Counted from the stretch's first letter, positions 18,431-28,931 are shown. The stretch: DNA of 64,000 nucleotides from Candidatus Latescibacterota bacterium (GCA_965198115.1 OZ240241.1:6688001-6752000), one strand, 5' to 3'. A program made the numbers and translations. The notes: a model not told the origin generated them from the letters alone.

Positions 18431-19072
18431 CTATTGCCCGTTCACGCCATCGAGGAAGACATCGGTGTTACGAGCGCGAAGTCGATCGAGTACGAAGGGT
18501 ATTCTCGTATCGTGCCCGGGCGACAGGGGTGGTAGTTCCTCGCGCGTGAAGAACCCGACCTCCGATGCTTCGTTCGATGTGACGGGGTCTGGATCGTCGG
18601 CTTTCATCAGAAAAAAGTAGTGGAGCAGGTGGACCTTGGAGCGTCCAGGCCAGATGCGCGAGTCGAAGACGCCCAACAACCGTTCGACATCCGCCTCGAC
18701 GCCGACTTCCTCTAGTAACTCTCTCTTAACTGCCTCGACAATGGTCTCTCCCGTTTCCGCGACGCCTCCGGGCACACACCAGAGTCCGTTGTCGGTTCTT
18801 TTCATGAGTAGGACGTTTCCGTCACGCAACACGAGCGATTCGACGCCGGCGACCGGGCTGACGTGGAGCAGATTGTCGTCGTAGATCTTTCGGACCTCTT
18901 CGGCGCTCCGGTTCTCGAGAAGGCTCACGATGCGGGCGCTGATGTCCAGAATCTTGTGGTAACGATCGACCGTGTAGACATCCCTGTCGAATCGCAATCC
19001 CATTGTGGCAATTGCCCTCAGTTCATCGGCCATCACATAGAGTTGGTCGGTTTTTGTCATCCTCATGTCCAT
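18431..19072 (-). CDS. NUDIX hydrolase with N-terminal helical domain
   Basis: Nudix box GGVAETGETIVEAVKRELLEEVG; alternative ATGs at 19066 and 19060. Confidence 0.9.
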   Translation of the reverse strand: MDMRMTKTDQLYVMADELRAIATMGLRFDRDVYTVDRYHKILDISARIVSLLENRSAEEVRKIYDDNLLHVSPVAGVESLVLRDGNVLLMKRTDNGLWCVPGGVAETGETIVEAVKRELLEEVGVEADVERLLGVFDSRIWPGRSKVHLLHYFFLMKADDPDPVTSNEASEVGFFTREELPPLSPGHDTRIPFVLDRLRARNTDVFLDGVNGQ

Positions 19073-19188
19073 GTACGTGTCACGCAGGGAACACCCGCAG
19101 CATCGAGTAGCCCGCGACTGCGCTCGCAACGGGCTCCGTCACGGATGGAGACCCGATGAAAAGTAAGATGGAAGGGGGAGCTATCCTG

Positions 19189-20022
19189 TCAGTTCCGTTG
19201 ATCGTTATCGAGATCGAGCAGGTCCTGCGGTAAGTCCAAAGCCTCCAGAACACTCGCGATGACGGCTCGAATGGAGAGCGACAGGTCCAGCTCGCTTGCA
19301 GCCGTGTAGACGGGTTGGTGCGCGTCGATCAAGGCGACGCTCGGGGTGCCCAGACGGGTTTTCAGGTAATCGATACACGGTTGTACGTGTTCGACGTAGA
19401 AGTCGTAGCGACGGTCCAGGGCTTCATCCGTGTCGTCGGCCCTGCCTCGCACACGGGCGCGAGACTTCATTTCAGCCTTCGTGATGGAGAGGTGGAGGAC
19501 CTTGATCACGCCGATGTCGAGATCGGAGAAGAGGTCGAGGAGGCTTTCCGCCGCTTTTGTCGTACGAGGATATCCGTCGAGGATGAAGATGGTTTCGTGG
19601 AGTTCCTGTGCCTCTCGGAGACGGGCTTCGACAAGACTTTCGGCCCAATCGTCCGGCACGAGAAGCCCAGCACGAACGCAGTATCGGAGCCATTCGAACT
19701 GAGTGAGATCGTTTTCATCGAGTGACGGGTCGGAGGTGGCGTAGCGTCTGACTTTATCGATGAGATGGGAGTCGTTGTGACGTGGATCGATGACGGAGAC
19801 CGTATCGCTGATGCCGCTTCGATCTGCCAACAGCTTACGAGCACCCTCGTCGGCATCTGCCTCTCGAATGGACTCCCGTAACACGTCCCCCATGGAGATG
19901 TGATTCGACGCGGACAACGTGAGAAAGCCTCGAAGGGCCCTGGCGATCTCGCCTTTCCCGCAGCTGGACGGGCCCGTCAGCAGGATAGCGCCCTGTCTGA
20001 ACCCGCCTACTCTTCCTCCCAT
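19189..20022 (-). CDS. Nucleoside monophosphate (adenylate kinase-like) kinase
   Basis: Motifs GPSSCGKG, HISMGDVLR, GLLVPD, ILDGYPRT, RGRADD; TGATG overlap with the upstream HAD gene. Confidence 0.8.
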   Translation of the reverse strand: MGGRVGGFRQGAILLTGPSSCGKGEIARALRGFLTLSASNHISMGDVLRESIREADADEGARKLLADRSGISDTVSVIDPRHNDSHLIDKVRRYATSDPSLDENDLTQFEWLRYCVRAGLLVPDDWAESLVEARLREAQELHETIFILDGYPRTTKAAESLLDLFSDLDIGVIKVLHLSITKAEMKSRARVRGRADDTDEALDRRYDFYVEHVQPCIDYLKTRLGTPSVALIDAHQPVYTAASELDLSLSIRAVIASVLEALDLPQDLLDLDNDQRN

Positions 20023-20732
20023 CAACCGAGGATCTCGGAGATGCTGCTGATCACGCGATCGGGTTTCACGGTGCTGGTGGAGGGCAGACCCCTGTCTGCT
20101 GCATCCACCCAGACGGCGAAGATCCCAAGGTTCTGAGGCACTTCGACCTCCCATTCCAGGTTGTCGCCCACCATCCAGCAATCTTCCGGTTCCACGCTCA
20201 GTTTCTTCATTGCTTGGCGATACACGCGTTCGTCCGGTTTTCCGATGCCGAATTCGCCCTCGATGAGGATGTAGTCGAAGAAATCCGCCAACCCGAACTG
20301 GTCGATCTTCTTCCGTTGTGCTTGCTCGCTGCCGTTCGTAATGAGGGCCATTCGGACGCCTTTCTCCTTGAGTTCGTGGAGCGTCTCGATGGCACCGGGG
20401 AAGGGATGGACACTTTCCCTCTCGATGCTGTAGGTATCGGCGATTTCGTGTGCAACCACAGGGTCGTCGATTTGCAGGTTCTGGAGTGCGGCCAGGACGA
20501 TGTCGCGTCTGGCCTTCGGTAGATCGAGTCGGCCCCGTCGGTGTCGTTCGGGGTCGTCCCAGAACCAGTTTCGGCTGGTATCGATGGCGTTGTACAGGTC
20601 TTCCGGCGTGGGCCCCTTGAGTCGGGGTGCAAAATTCTCGCAGATGCGACGCCAGGTAGGGTCAGCGCTCTGGGTGAAGGCGAGGATGGTGTCGTCGAGG
20701 TCGAACAGGATGGCTTTGGGAAGATGGATCAT
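20022..20732 (-). CDS. HAD-IA family hydrolase
   Basis: Motifs FDLDDT, ITNG, GKPD, VGDNLEWEV. Confidence 0.9.
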   Translation of the reverse strand: MIHLPKAILFDLDDTILAFTQSADPTWRRICENFAPRLKGPTPEDLYNAIDTSRNWFWDDPERHRRGRLDLPKARRDIVLAALQNLQIDDPVVAHEIADTYSIERESVHPFPGAIETLHELKEKGVRMALITNGSEQAQRKKIDQFGLADFFDYILIEGEFGIGKPDERVYRQAMKKLSVEPEDCWMVGDNLEWEVEVPQNLGIFAVWVDAADRGLPSTSTVKPDRVISSISEILG

Positions 20733-20771
20733 TCTGCGCTGGCTGTGGTCGGGTCAACAATGCCTGACGAG

Positions 20772-20924
20772 TCAATTTGGATGTGGGTCCTCACTCGCGG
20801 GTGAAGGTTCTTGTTGCTCGTCCTTTCCTTCAGGAGGGGGGGATTGACGACGTCTCCGACGTCTCCGACGCCTGGCCTCCTCTTCACGACGAATCTGCAG
20901 GTAGGCAACGATACCGGCGGGCAT
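20772..20924 (-). CDS. Putative 50-aa arginine-rich small protein (below the ORF track size cut-off)
   Basis: AGGAGGG RBS 7 nt before ATG; MPAGIVAYLQIRREEEARRRRRRRRRQSPPPEGKDEQQEPSPASEDPHPN*. Confidence 0.55.
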   Translation of the reverse strand: MPAGIVAYLQIRREEEARRRRRRRRRQSPPPEGKDEQQEPSPASEDPHPN

Positions 20925-20944
20925 AGTGTTTCCCTCCTGTGATC

Positions 20945-21672
20945 CTAGTCCCCTGCTGTCGTAGTCAGCTTTGACTGGAAGTATGGTAGTAGATCGGGCC
21001 TCGCGAGGACGCGGTTTGCCACGGTGTCCGGATCCTTCCCGGTCCTGACGACCTTGACTGTCGTAAGCCCGACTGCATTCCCACCTTCAATATCGGCTAC
21101 TTCGCTGTCTCCAACCATCAAGACGTGTTGGCTCGCTTTCACACCCAGGCCATCGAGTGCGATCTTGAAGATGTCCGGATCCGGTTTGCGGCATCCAACA
21201 GCGCTCGACCAGATTCTGAGGGGGAAGAAGCCGGCCAGACCTTTGCGTCGCAGATCGGATTCGAAGATTTCGACAGGGCCGGATACGTTGGACACCAACG
21301 CGAGGCGTATGTCGGACTCTTGAAGATAAGTCAGGAGCGGGATGCTGTAAGGTGCGATCCTACACTGGCTGACGAACCGTTGCAGATGTGCACGACAGAG
21401 ACGGTCGACGTCGGCCGGGTCGAGATCGAGTCTGTGTTGATCTGTCGCGCGCTGCCAGAGATCCAGTGATTGTGGCTGTTCCGTTGAGCGTTGCGCGTAG
21501 AGGCGAGCAATCGACCAGTCGATCTCTTCGCCCAGGCTCGTGAGGAGCCTGACATTCAGGCCCAGTTCGATCGAGAGAGCGTGTGGGCGAGGTCGATCAT
21601 CGAACTGACGAGTGACGCACTCTCTGTGAGCGTGTTTCCCAGATCGAACAGGATGGCGTCGATGTGTGACAT
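20945..21672 (-). pseudogene. HAD family hydrolase, frameshifted near 21575
   Basis: N-terminal ILFDLGNTL is in one frame; LVSN, RKPDP and VGDSEVADI are in another. Confidence 0.75.
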
Positions 21673-21686
21673 AGCATTCCGTAATG

Positions 21687-24161
21687 CTATTCGTCTCTCA
21701 AGTTCCTTGCCGGGTCGACGCGCAAGGCTCGAACCGTGTGGACGGATACGGTGACGAATGCAGTGATCAGACAGATCGCGATGGCCACCGCGAAGGGGAC
21801 GAGACCGAGGTCGATTCGATGGGTGTATGAATCGAGCCAGCTTCGGCTCAGGGAGAGCGCGATCGGGACCGAGACGGCTCCAGCGACGAGTACCAACACG
21901 ATGTACTCGCGGGTCAGGAGTTGCAAGAGCTGCCCCGGTTTTGCACCCAGCACCTTTCGAATGCTGACCTCCTTCGTGCGGCGACTGACGAGAAACGCTG
22001 CGAGTCCGAAGATGCCAATGATCGAGAGAAACACTGCCACAGAGGAGAACGTTCTGAGCATTTCCCTGTGTTCGATTTCACCGCGATACAATGCCTCGAT
22101 CTGCTGGTCGAGGAATACGTATTCGAAGGGACGTTTAGGCAGATAACTCTTCCAGACCTCCTCGAGCCCGGCCATCGTGCCGGAAAGGTCGTGAGCTTGG
22201 ATCTTGAGATACACGTTTTTGAGATTCCGCCACGCTGGGATCAGGACCAGTGGTTTCGTGTCTTCCTGTAGTGTTCCCAGGTGAAGATCTTCTACGACAC
22301 CGATTACCGGTCCATTCTTGACGATCCACGGCGTCCACTCGATCCGTTTCCCAACCGCTTCGTGTCCAGTCCATCCGAACTCTCGTGCGGCCGTTTCCGT
22401 CAGAATAAAATCCATCTCCCCATCCCTGCCCCACTGTTTGATAAGATTCCCGGAGAATCCGCGGCCGGCCACGAGCTCGATCTCCAGTGTGCGGAGAAAG
22501 TCCTCATCGATCCCGATGAAACGGAGGATCCGATCCTTCTTCATCTCGGCGTCGGGGGAACGAAAGGCATATGCACTGTAGCTGGACAGAGGGAATCGAG
22601 TAGCTGTCGCCGAGGTCACGCCCGGCACGGAAAGAAAGCGCTGCTTAACCGCGGCGTATTGAGCTTTGAGGTCCACGCCATAGCCACCCCAGGTTTTCGA
22701 TTCGATGGCTCGTAGAAAGAGTGGGAGGCCGACGACCTGGTCCCTGTTCAGCCCGATGTCGCGAGTCGTCAGGTGGTCGACTTGCCGCGTCACGATGAGG
22801 GTCAGTGCAATCAGCGTGGCGGAAACCATGAATTGAAACGCCGTTAGTACGCGCCGTAGACCGACTCCTCCTCCTCGTATCGTCTGAGTTCCCCGCATCG
22901 CTGTCACAGGCTCGATCCTCGAAAGGACGATGGCGGGAAAAAGCCCCGCCAGAAGTCCGATTGACACCGATCCGGAGAGGGCTGCAATGATGAATGTAGG
23001 CGTGACGACAGAGCGAAAGTCTGCGGGGGAAGGGGCGAGGACCTGCATCTGCCCGCGACCAATGACGATCAGACCCACGGCGATGACGAGCGCGATCAGG
23101 GAGAGGAGGACGGACTCTGACAGGAACTGGAAGATCAGACGGCTTCTCTCCGCACCAGATGCCTTGCGAACGCCGACTTCCTTCGTGCGCAACGAGGCGC
23201 GAGCTGTGGCAAGGTTCACGAAGTTTGCCACAGCGATCAGAAGGATGAGCACAGAGATCGTTACCGCGCCGGAGATTCGGTTCGCGTTACCATACTGGAA
23301 CGGGTCACCGGCGAGAAGACGTGGATGGGAAATGCCGAAGTCGCTCCTGGAGTAGAGATAGATGCGATCGATCGACTGCAGGTGATAGGCGCTGATCGAC
23401 GCGATCCTGGCTCCCATGTGCGTGCGGATGATTGGCTGGATGTTCGACACGAACGTGTCGAGATCGATTTCCGGCCGAAGACAGACGTACGTCTCGATGT
23501 ACCTGCTTGCGGATGGACCTATCCACGTTTCCCACCGGCGGAAAGGCCGTCCGAGAGTGGACTCTGTCGCCATTACGTCGAAGCCGAGACTCATGTTTCG
23601 CGGTATGCGGACTACTGCGGCAATGCGATAGACGCCCTCCAGCCCTTCGAACCCGATCTGAATCTCCTTCCCAATCGGATCTTCAGCCCCGAAAAGCCGC
23701 TCGGAGAAACGGTCGGATATGACGACGGCTGAGACCTCCTTCAGAAACGATTCCTTGTCGCCTTTGACGAGTTCGAACGCGAAAGTGTCGAACAGGTTGT
23801 CTTCGGCAAGGCAGAACAGTCCCTGGTCCCCGTGTTTGCCGGCCCCGAAGAACATTCTTCTCCTGAAAAACCGGGTAACGGAAACCACTTCGGGATGTTC
23901 CTCACGGAATACGTCCGTGAGCCCACCTGACGAGTGAACATCGTAGCGGTCTCCGCCGTCATGCTGTTTCATCGAGCGGATGATGCGGTAGACGTTGCTC
24001 GTGTCTCCGAGTTGGGTGTTGAAGCTCAACTCCCAGAGCGATTGAACGGCAACGAGCATAGAGATTGCGAATGCGATCGCCAGACCGGCCGTGCTGATGC
24101 CGGTTGCCGTCAGGTTACGGCTCATCGATCGAATCGCGATGGTCAGGTAATTACGCAGCAT
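21687..24161 (-). CDS. ABC transporter permease (MacB/FtsX-like, duplicated domains)
   Basis: Motifs MLRNYLTIAIR, NFVNLATARASLRTKEVGVRK..GA, RRTKEVSIRKVLGA, C-terminal LRDE. Confidence 0.9.
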   Translation of the reverse strand: MLRNYLTIAIRSMSRNLTATGISTAGLAIAFAISMLVAVQSLWELSFNTQLGDTSNVYRIIRSMKQHDGGDRYDVHSSGGLTDVFREEHPEVVSVTRFFRRRMFFGAGKHGDQGLFCLAEDNLFDTFAFELVKGDKESFLKEVSAVVISDRFSERLFGAEDPIGKEIQIGFEGLEGVYRIAAVVRIPRNMSLGFDVMATESTLGRPFRRWETWIGPSASRYIETYVCLRPEIDLDTFVSNIQPIIRTHMGARIASISAYHLQSIDRIYLYSRSDFGISHPRLLAGDPFQYGNANRISGAVTISVLILLIAVANFVNLATARASLRTKEVGVRKASGAERSRLIFQFLSESVLLSLIALVIAVGLIVIGRGQMQVLAPSPADFRSVVTPTFIIAALSGSVSIGLLAGLFPAIVLSRIEPVTAMRGTQTIRGGGVGLRRVLTAFQFMVSATLIALTLIVTRQVDHLTTRDIGLNRDQVVGLPLFLRAIESKTWGGYGVDLKAQYAAVKQRFLSVPGVTSATATRFPLSSYSAYAFRSPDAEMKKDRILRFIGIDEDFLRTLEIELVAGRGFSGNLIKQWGRDGEMDFILTETAAREFGWTGHEAVGKRIEWTPWIVKNGPVIGVVEDLHLGTLQEDTKPLVLIPAWRNLKNVYLKIQAHDLSGTMAGLEEVWKSYLPKRPFEYVFLDQQIEALYRGEIEHREMLRTFSSVAVFLSIIGIFGLAAFLVSRRTKEVSIRKVLGAKPGQLLQLLTREYIVLVLVAGAVSVPIALSLSRSWLDSYTHRIDLGLVPFAVAIAICLITAFVTVSVHTVRALRVDPARNLRDE

Positions 24162-24374
24162 GTTTTTCGCTCACAGGCTCGAGCAGGTCACCACTCCGAA
24201 GGGTCTGAACGGTTCGGCCGTCTTGACAGCATCAGGGATACGCTCTGCGAAGCCTTCCCAACGTGCTCTCCATCGTGCAGAGATGTTTCCCGGCGATCTG
24301 TACCGCAATCAGCCATAGCGGCGATAGGTCATTGGGAGAGAAGGGCAGACAGATGGGGTCGAGGCAAGATCGCG

Positions 24375-24478
24375 CTACTCGTCTCTCAGATTCCTAGCGG
24401 GATCGACGCGCAAGGCTCGAACCGTGTGCACGGACACGGTGGCGAATGCGGTGACCAGGCAGATGGCGATGGCCGCCG
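24375..24478 (-). pseudogene. Orphan 3' end of a paralogous ABC permease
   Basis: Encodes AAIAICLVTAFATVSVHTVRALRVDPARNLRDE*, nearly identical to the C-terminus of 21687..24161. Confidence 0.85.
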
Positions 24479-24479
24479 T

Positions 24480-25060
24480 GGATTGGACGGGCTTGCGGTA
24501 CGTGTTCAGGAAGGATGCTGAACTGTTCCTACACACTGCGGATCAGGTGAATCAAATGTTCGCAGACGTTCGGGATGTAGCCCGTTTCGAGGATGATATC
24601 GGAACACATCGTGAGGTAGAGGGAGACCAGGAGGATCAGATAGCAATGTGCGGTCTGTCTTTCCCGACGTGTCCTGAACTGGAACATCACGCCACGTCTT
24701 CGGCTGCGGGTGCTATTTTGATTTGGTGTAGCAAGAGATAGTGCCCCTTGGCGTATTGGAGAAATCCCGATCAATATGAACGAAAAATCGACTCATTGCC
24801 ACTGGAGGAAAAAGACGAGATTGTGGGTCTTTTCAATCGCCGAGGGGGATCGGACTTCGTGCGCGCCACCGTTCGTCCCTCGATATGGAGATTCGAAGAC
24901 CTCGTGTGGGCAACGGCAAGGTCTGTCCCGATGCTCCTACTCGGGATGAACGGTGACTATCCGATCTCAAAAGCGCCCCCTTCCCATCGGCGCGAGCTTC
25001 AGGAAAGGGGGCTACAAGTCCCGCCAATGGAGACTCGCTGCTACTTTGACAGCGCGGTCG
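24480..25060 (+). pseudogene. Fragment of an unknown gene with an internal TAG (24739-24741)
   Basis: ORFs 24424..24741 and 24748.. share a frame and are separated by one stop; no recognisable start. Confidence 0.3.
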
Positions 25061-25209
25061 TTGCTGAAGTTTCGCGAAGCCCTATGCTGTGGCTCCGTGG
25101 TCCCTCAGAATTTGGGCAATGTCGTCGTGGCCATCTTTCAGTCCAGGCGAGTGGGGTTGACCAAGACTCTTCGTCGGGGAGATTGACCGCGGCGCCTTCT
25201 TTTGAGGGA

Positions 25210-25480
25210 ACGCGGAACCGGGCGGAGTCGTTGAACCCTCGTAGTGTTTTCGTCTATCGGCACGGAAGTCTGTTCGTTTCAGACTCGGAATTCCACAGCG
25301 TGCGAAAGGTCGATGCCCTGACGGGCATAAATCGAAACGGTAGCCGGAGACGGTTTCTTGGATGGGTTTCTGAACGGTCGTTACAATGGAGATGGAGGTT
25401 TCGCGACGGAGTCCAGTCTATCGACGCCTAATGGAATCTTTGTCGATCTGCAGGGGAATCTTTACATCGCGAGCAGGGAA
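25210..25480 (+). pseudogene. NHL-repeat protein fragment, frameshifted near 25330
   Basis: LNPRSVFVYRHGSLFVSDSEFHSVRKVD..TGI, then in the next frame IETVAGDG..NGDGGFATESSLSTPNGIFVDLQGNLYIA. Confidence 0.65.
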
Positions 25481-25780
25481 ACTCGTAGTCACCGGGGCTG
25501 GTCCTGGGACCGATTTAGGTGAAGATGGAAAAGGTGTGTGTTCTGAAGGTGATCCAGAGATTTTGGCTAGCACGGGTAGACTCCAGCAAAGTGAGAGTTG
25601 AAGCAATACATTGTGTTAGACCCGTGGGACTCGAAGGGGGTTACAGCTCCCGCGCACGTTCCATTTCGATTTTTCGGGTTCAGGCCTTGACTCCGGTCCC
25701 AGAGGTCTGACCTTCCACCTCCTGGGGCAATAGCCTTCGCATAACTGAACCCGACCATGATTGGTGAAGAGGATACCTTA

Positions 25781-26761
25781 ATGCGAATCGCTGTTTTGGG
25801 TGCAGGGCGCATGGGCGTCAAGCACGCAGGTGCTTACCAGAAGATCGAGAGTGTCGATGTCGCGGGAATCGTGGGCAGGACGCCTAGCAAGGTTGAAACC
25901 GTATCGGCAGATCTCGGGATCCCGGGATGGACAGACCCCCTACGTGTTCTCGAAGACCCATCGATCGACGCGATCGACATCGCGGTGCCATCCGACCAGC
26001 ACAGGACATTTGCGGAGGCAGCGCTCTCTCAAGACAAGCACGTGTTTTGTGAAACGCCGATGGCGCTGTCGCTGGAAGATGCGGATGCCATCGTGGCCGC
26101 GGCCGATTCGAGCGACAAGGTTTTCGGCGTTGCCCTGTTGATGCGATTTGTCGCGGATATGGACTATGTCAGCCAGAGACTGGCGTCGGGCGATGCAGGT
26201 GCACCGATTTCCGCGGTCGGATGTCGTCTGTCGCCACCGTATTCTTCTGGAGGAGAGGACGAGCATTACGGGGATCCGATCATCGAGTTGATGCTGTTCG
26301 AGCTCGATGTTCTGGTTCGGCTGTTCGGGATGCCTTCCTCTTTGTCGGCAAGTTCTGCGCCGACAGGTTCGTTGGGGCACGTCTTTGCGACACTCGACTG
26401 GGGCGACTTTCACGTCCAGCTGGAAGCGACGAATCAGATGCCGGAGAGTCATCCATTCAGGACGTACTTCCGGCTGGTGTGCGAGAACGAAACGATCGAA
26501 TCGGAGTTCACGGTCAGGAACCAACGAGTTCGGTGGGGGACTCTACCGGTATCCGTCAACCGGTGAGCGGGAAAAGATCGAGATCGGGCACGATCCGTAT
26601 CAGGAAGAGTGCGAATACTCGTGCAGTGTGTTCGCGGCGAGGCGGATCCGGGGTTCATCAGTGCGGTCGAGGCGCGCAGGTCGATCGCTTTGACCTTCGC
26701 CGTTCGGGAATCCCTGGCGGATGGTGGTCGGCCTGTTTCCATCGACAAGACGCTTCAGTGA
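25781..26761 (+). pseudogene. Gfo/Idh/MocA oxidoreductase with two 3' frameshifts
   Basis: Motifs MRIAVLGAGRMG and HVFCETPMA. The C-terminal parts GHDPYQEECEY and VQCVRGEADP..AVRESL lie in successive frames. Confidence 0.75.
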
Positions 26762-26771
26762 TCGCAAAACA

Positions 26772-27332
26772 TCATTCAGCCCTGGTCAGATACTGAACAA
26801 CCTCCGCGGCTGTTCGCGAGACGTCCAGGTCCACTTCGAAATAGGGCAGATCAAGCCGTTCGCATTCCGCCCTGAGGTCGACACTCCAGGAGATGAGACG
26901 TTCGACCTCCGCCATGGCGCGCTCATCATCGTATGTCTTGAGCCAGTCGTCGTGGTCCCCACCGAATTCTCGTATCTGATCGAACTTGGCTTGCGCATCT
27001 GATTCGGCGAATCCAAGAAAGCAGGCTTGGAAATCTCCTTGGTCAGCTTCGGCCAGCTCGACCACGAATTCGGGCAGAATCTGGGCGCCCTCGATCATGT
27101 AGTCCTTTTCATCCTGGAGCAGTGCGATGGCCATCGGCTTTACGGCAGGCCAAAGCTTCTCGCCCACGTCCCTCTCGTCTCCATCGGTGTCGACCCCGTG
27201 TTTGGGAAGCCCGATGGCGAATCCCATCATCAGATAGTCGAGGCAGAAGTAGGGGATACCCGTCCGCGCGAGGAACATACCGGCTGCCGTCGATTTGCCC
27301 GAACGCGCCGTTCCACCCAGTAGGTAGAGCAT
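26772..27332 (-). CDS. P-loop kinase-like protein
   Basis: MLYLLGGTARSGKST Walker A; YMIEG. Confidence 0.75.
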   Translation of the reverse strand: MLYLLGGTARSGKSTAAGMFLARTGIPYFCLDYLMMGFAIGLPKHGVDTDGDERDVGEKLWPAVKPMAIALLQDEKDYMIEGAQILPEFVVELAEADQGDFQACFLGFAESDAQAKFDQIREFGGDHDDWLKTYDDERAMAEVERLISWSVDLRAECERLDLPYFEVDLDVSRTAAEVVQYLTRAE

Positions 27333-27375
27333 GGATTCAGTCTCACGTGGTGAAGGGATCGAGGAGAAGGCGTGT

Positions 27376-28287
27376 TCAGCCCAGATCTTTGACGTAGGCG
27401 AATGATCGGTCCCCGACCCGATAGCCACTCTTCGTGTATAGGTCCACGGCCGCGTTGTTTTTCTTTCGAACGTTGAGGACCGCTTTCGTATAGCCTTCGG
27501 CCTTCATTTCCTGCAGGGCCGTGTGTAGTTGCTGTCGACCGTATCCACGTCTACGATACGGCTCTTTGACCCCAACCCACCGCGTGTAGCTGACCTGGCC
27601 GAGGGCCTCGATGTTCGCGTATCGAGAGCCCGACATGGACCGACACGTTCCGACCGGTTCGCCGTCGATGGACGCGACGACTCGAATGTTCGGTCGCCGA
27701 CCTTCGCCACGAGTTTTCTCGATGGCAATTTCGATTTCCGAATGATCCTCGGGTTCGGGCAGATCGTCGTCCAGGGTTCGTTCCATCGTAAACTGACAGT
27801 CGTGGGGCCGGTATCCTGATTCAATCAGCAGGTCGGAGATGTGCGCAAGGCATTCCGAGAGCATTCCGACCCGGTGGTTGTGGAACGCGTATCCGTGGAA
27901 GAGGGGAAAGGCATCGATCCGATCGCAACCGAGGTCTCCGAGGTCCCGCTCCGCAGTTTCGAGGAGTGCCTGACCTGCGGACGGCCGATCGGGCACGAAC
28001 GCGAGACATCGAACGATGCCGCACCGCATACCTTCTCCGTCGATCTCGACTCCGTCACCCACGCAGAGGTGCAGGAAGCCGACGAGTGAAGAATCGGCTA
28101 GGGCGACGAAGAGTTTCTGGCTCTCGCCGCTTGCATTGCACTCGTCATCCTCTTCATCGGGAGGGAGGCGACGAGCGAATTCATCGGGTTCGACCGCGTA
28201 GCAGAAAGGGGCCGCTGCGGTAGCCTCAGACCAGATCTCGCTCACGATGCCGGCTTCCGACAGCTCCCATTTCGTAATTTCGATCAC
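27376..28287 (-). CDS. Tandem-domain GNAT acetyltransferase
   Basis: Motifs VGVKEPYRRRGYG and NNAAVDLYTKSGY; GTGA overlap with the upstream stop. Confidence 0.8.
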   Translation of the reverse strand: MIEITKWELSEAGIVSEIWSEATAAAPFCYAVEPDEFARRLPPDEEDDECNASGESQKLFVALADSSLVGFLHLCVGDGVEIDGEGMRCGIVRCLAFVPDRPSAGQALLETAERDLGDLGCDRIDAFPLFHGYAFHNHRVGMLSECLAHISDLLIESGYRPHDCQFTMERTLDDDLPEPEDHSEIEIAIEKTRGEGRRPNIRVVASIDGEPVGTCRSMSGSRYANIEALGQVSYTRWVGVKEPYRRRGYGRQQLHTALQEMKAEGYTKAVLNVRKKNNAAVDLYTKSGYRVGDRSFAYVKDLG

Positions 28288-28931
28288 GCGCTCGTTCCGT
28301 CGATCTGCAGAAGATGTGCAGTAATTTCGGCCCGACACGATTCCGAATCGCGCGAGACGGTTTCGAGGTCCAACCGCTCGTATGGCCAATCGGACAGAAT
28401 TGCGTCACTCACGTTTCTCAGTTTCTCAAAGTAGGCGATCAACGAGGCAGGGTTCTCGTCACCGCATCTCTCGGCTGCGAGGGACTCTGCCCATTTCACT
28501 CCGCGGTTCTCGATGGCACGATTCAATGCGATTCGCAGATCGCCGTGGAGAAAGATCAGGATCGGATTCAGCTCGCGCAGAAGGTGGGTCACACGATCGT
28601 TGAAAGTTCGGATGTCCTTAATCGAAGCGTTGGCGGAAGTAAGCCAATCCAAACACGGCAGGATCGAGTCTATCACGAACACGCTTTCAGATCGTGTGCA
28701 CTCATCGATGAATCGTTCACACGCGGTCAGGAGAACGATGTCGTTGTCCGCTCTACCGCTCTCGACCTCGCGTATGTAGGGGGCGAACGCATCGAGTTCG
28801 AGAGAGGCCTCTTCTCGAATCCACATCACAGGAACGTCGTTCTCTTTCAAGGTCTCGTGGACGAATGTCGCGATCGTCGATTTCCCGAGACCAGACCCCG
28901 CGCCGTAGATTAGGATCATCCTGTTGTTCAT
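28284..28931 (-). CDS. P-loop kinase (thymidylate kinase-like fold)
   Basis: ILIYGAGSGLGKST; ATGA overlap with the upstream gene. Confidence 0.75.
   Translation of the reverse strand: MNNRMILIYGAGSGLGKSTIATFVHETLKENDVPVMWIREEASLELDAFAPYIREVESGRADNDIVLLTACERFIDECTRSESVFVIDSILPCLDWLTSANASIKDIRTFNDRVTHLLRELNPILIFLHGDLRIALNRAIENRGVKWAESLAAERCGDENPASLIAYFEKLRNVSDAILSDWPYERLDLETVSRDSESCRAEITAHLLQIDGTSA

Noticed and set aside
24375-24478. DGR template/variable repeat pair with 21687-21790
   Set aside because: Differences are mostly synonymous and not adenine-specific, and there is no reverse transcriptase in the window.
24739-24741. Stop-codon readthrough or pyrrolysine at an in-frame TAG (also near 18300)
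   Set aside because: Both lie in decayed fragments, TAG is used as a normal stop in many genes here, and no pyl genes are present.
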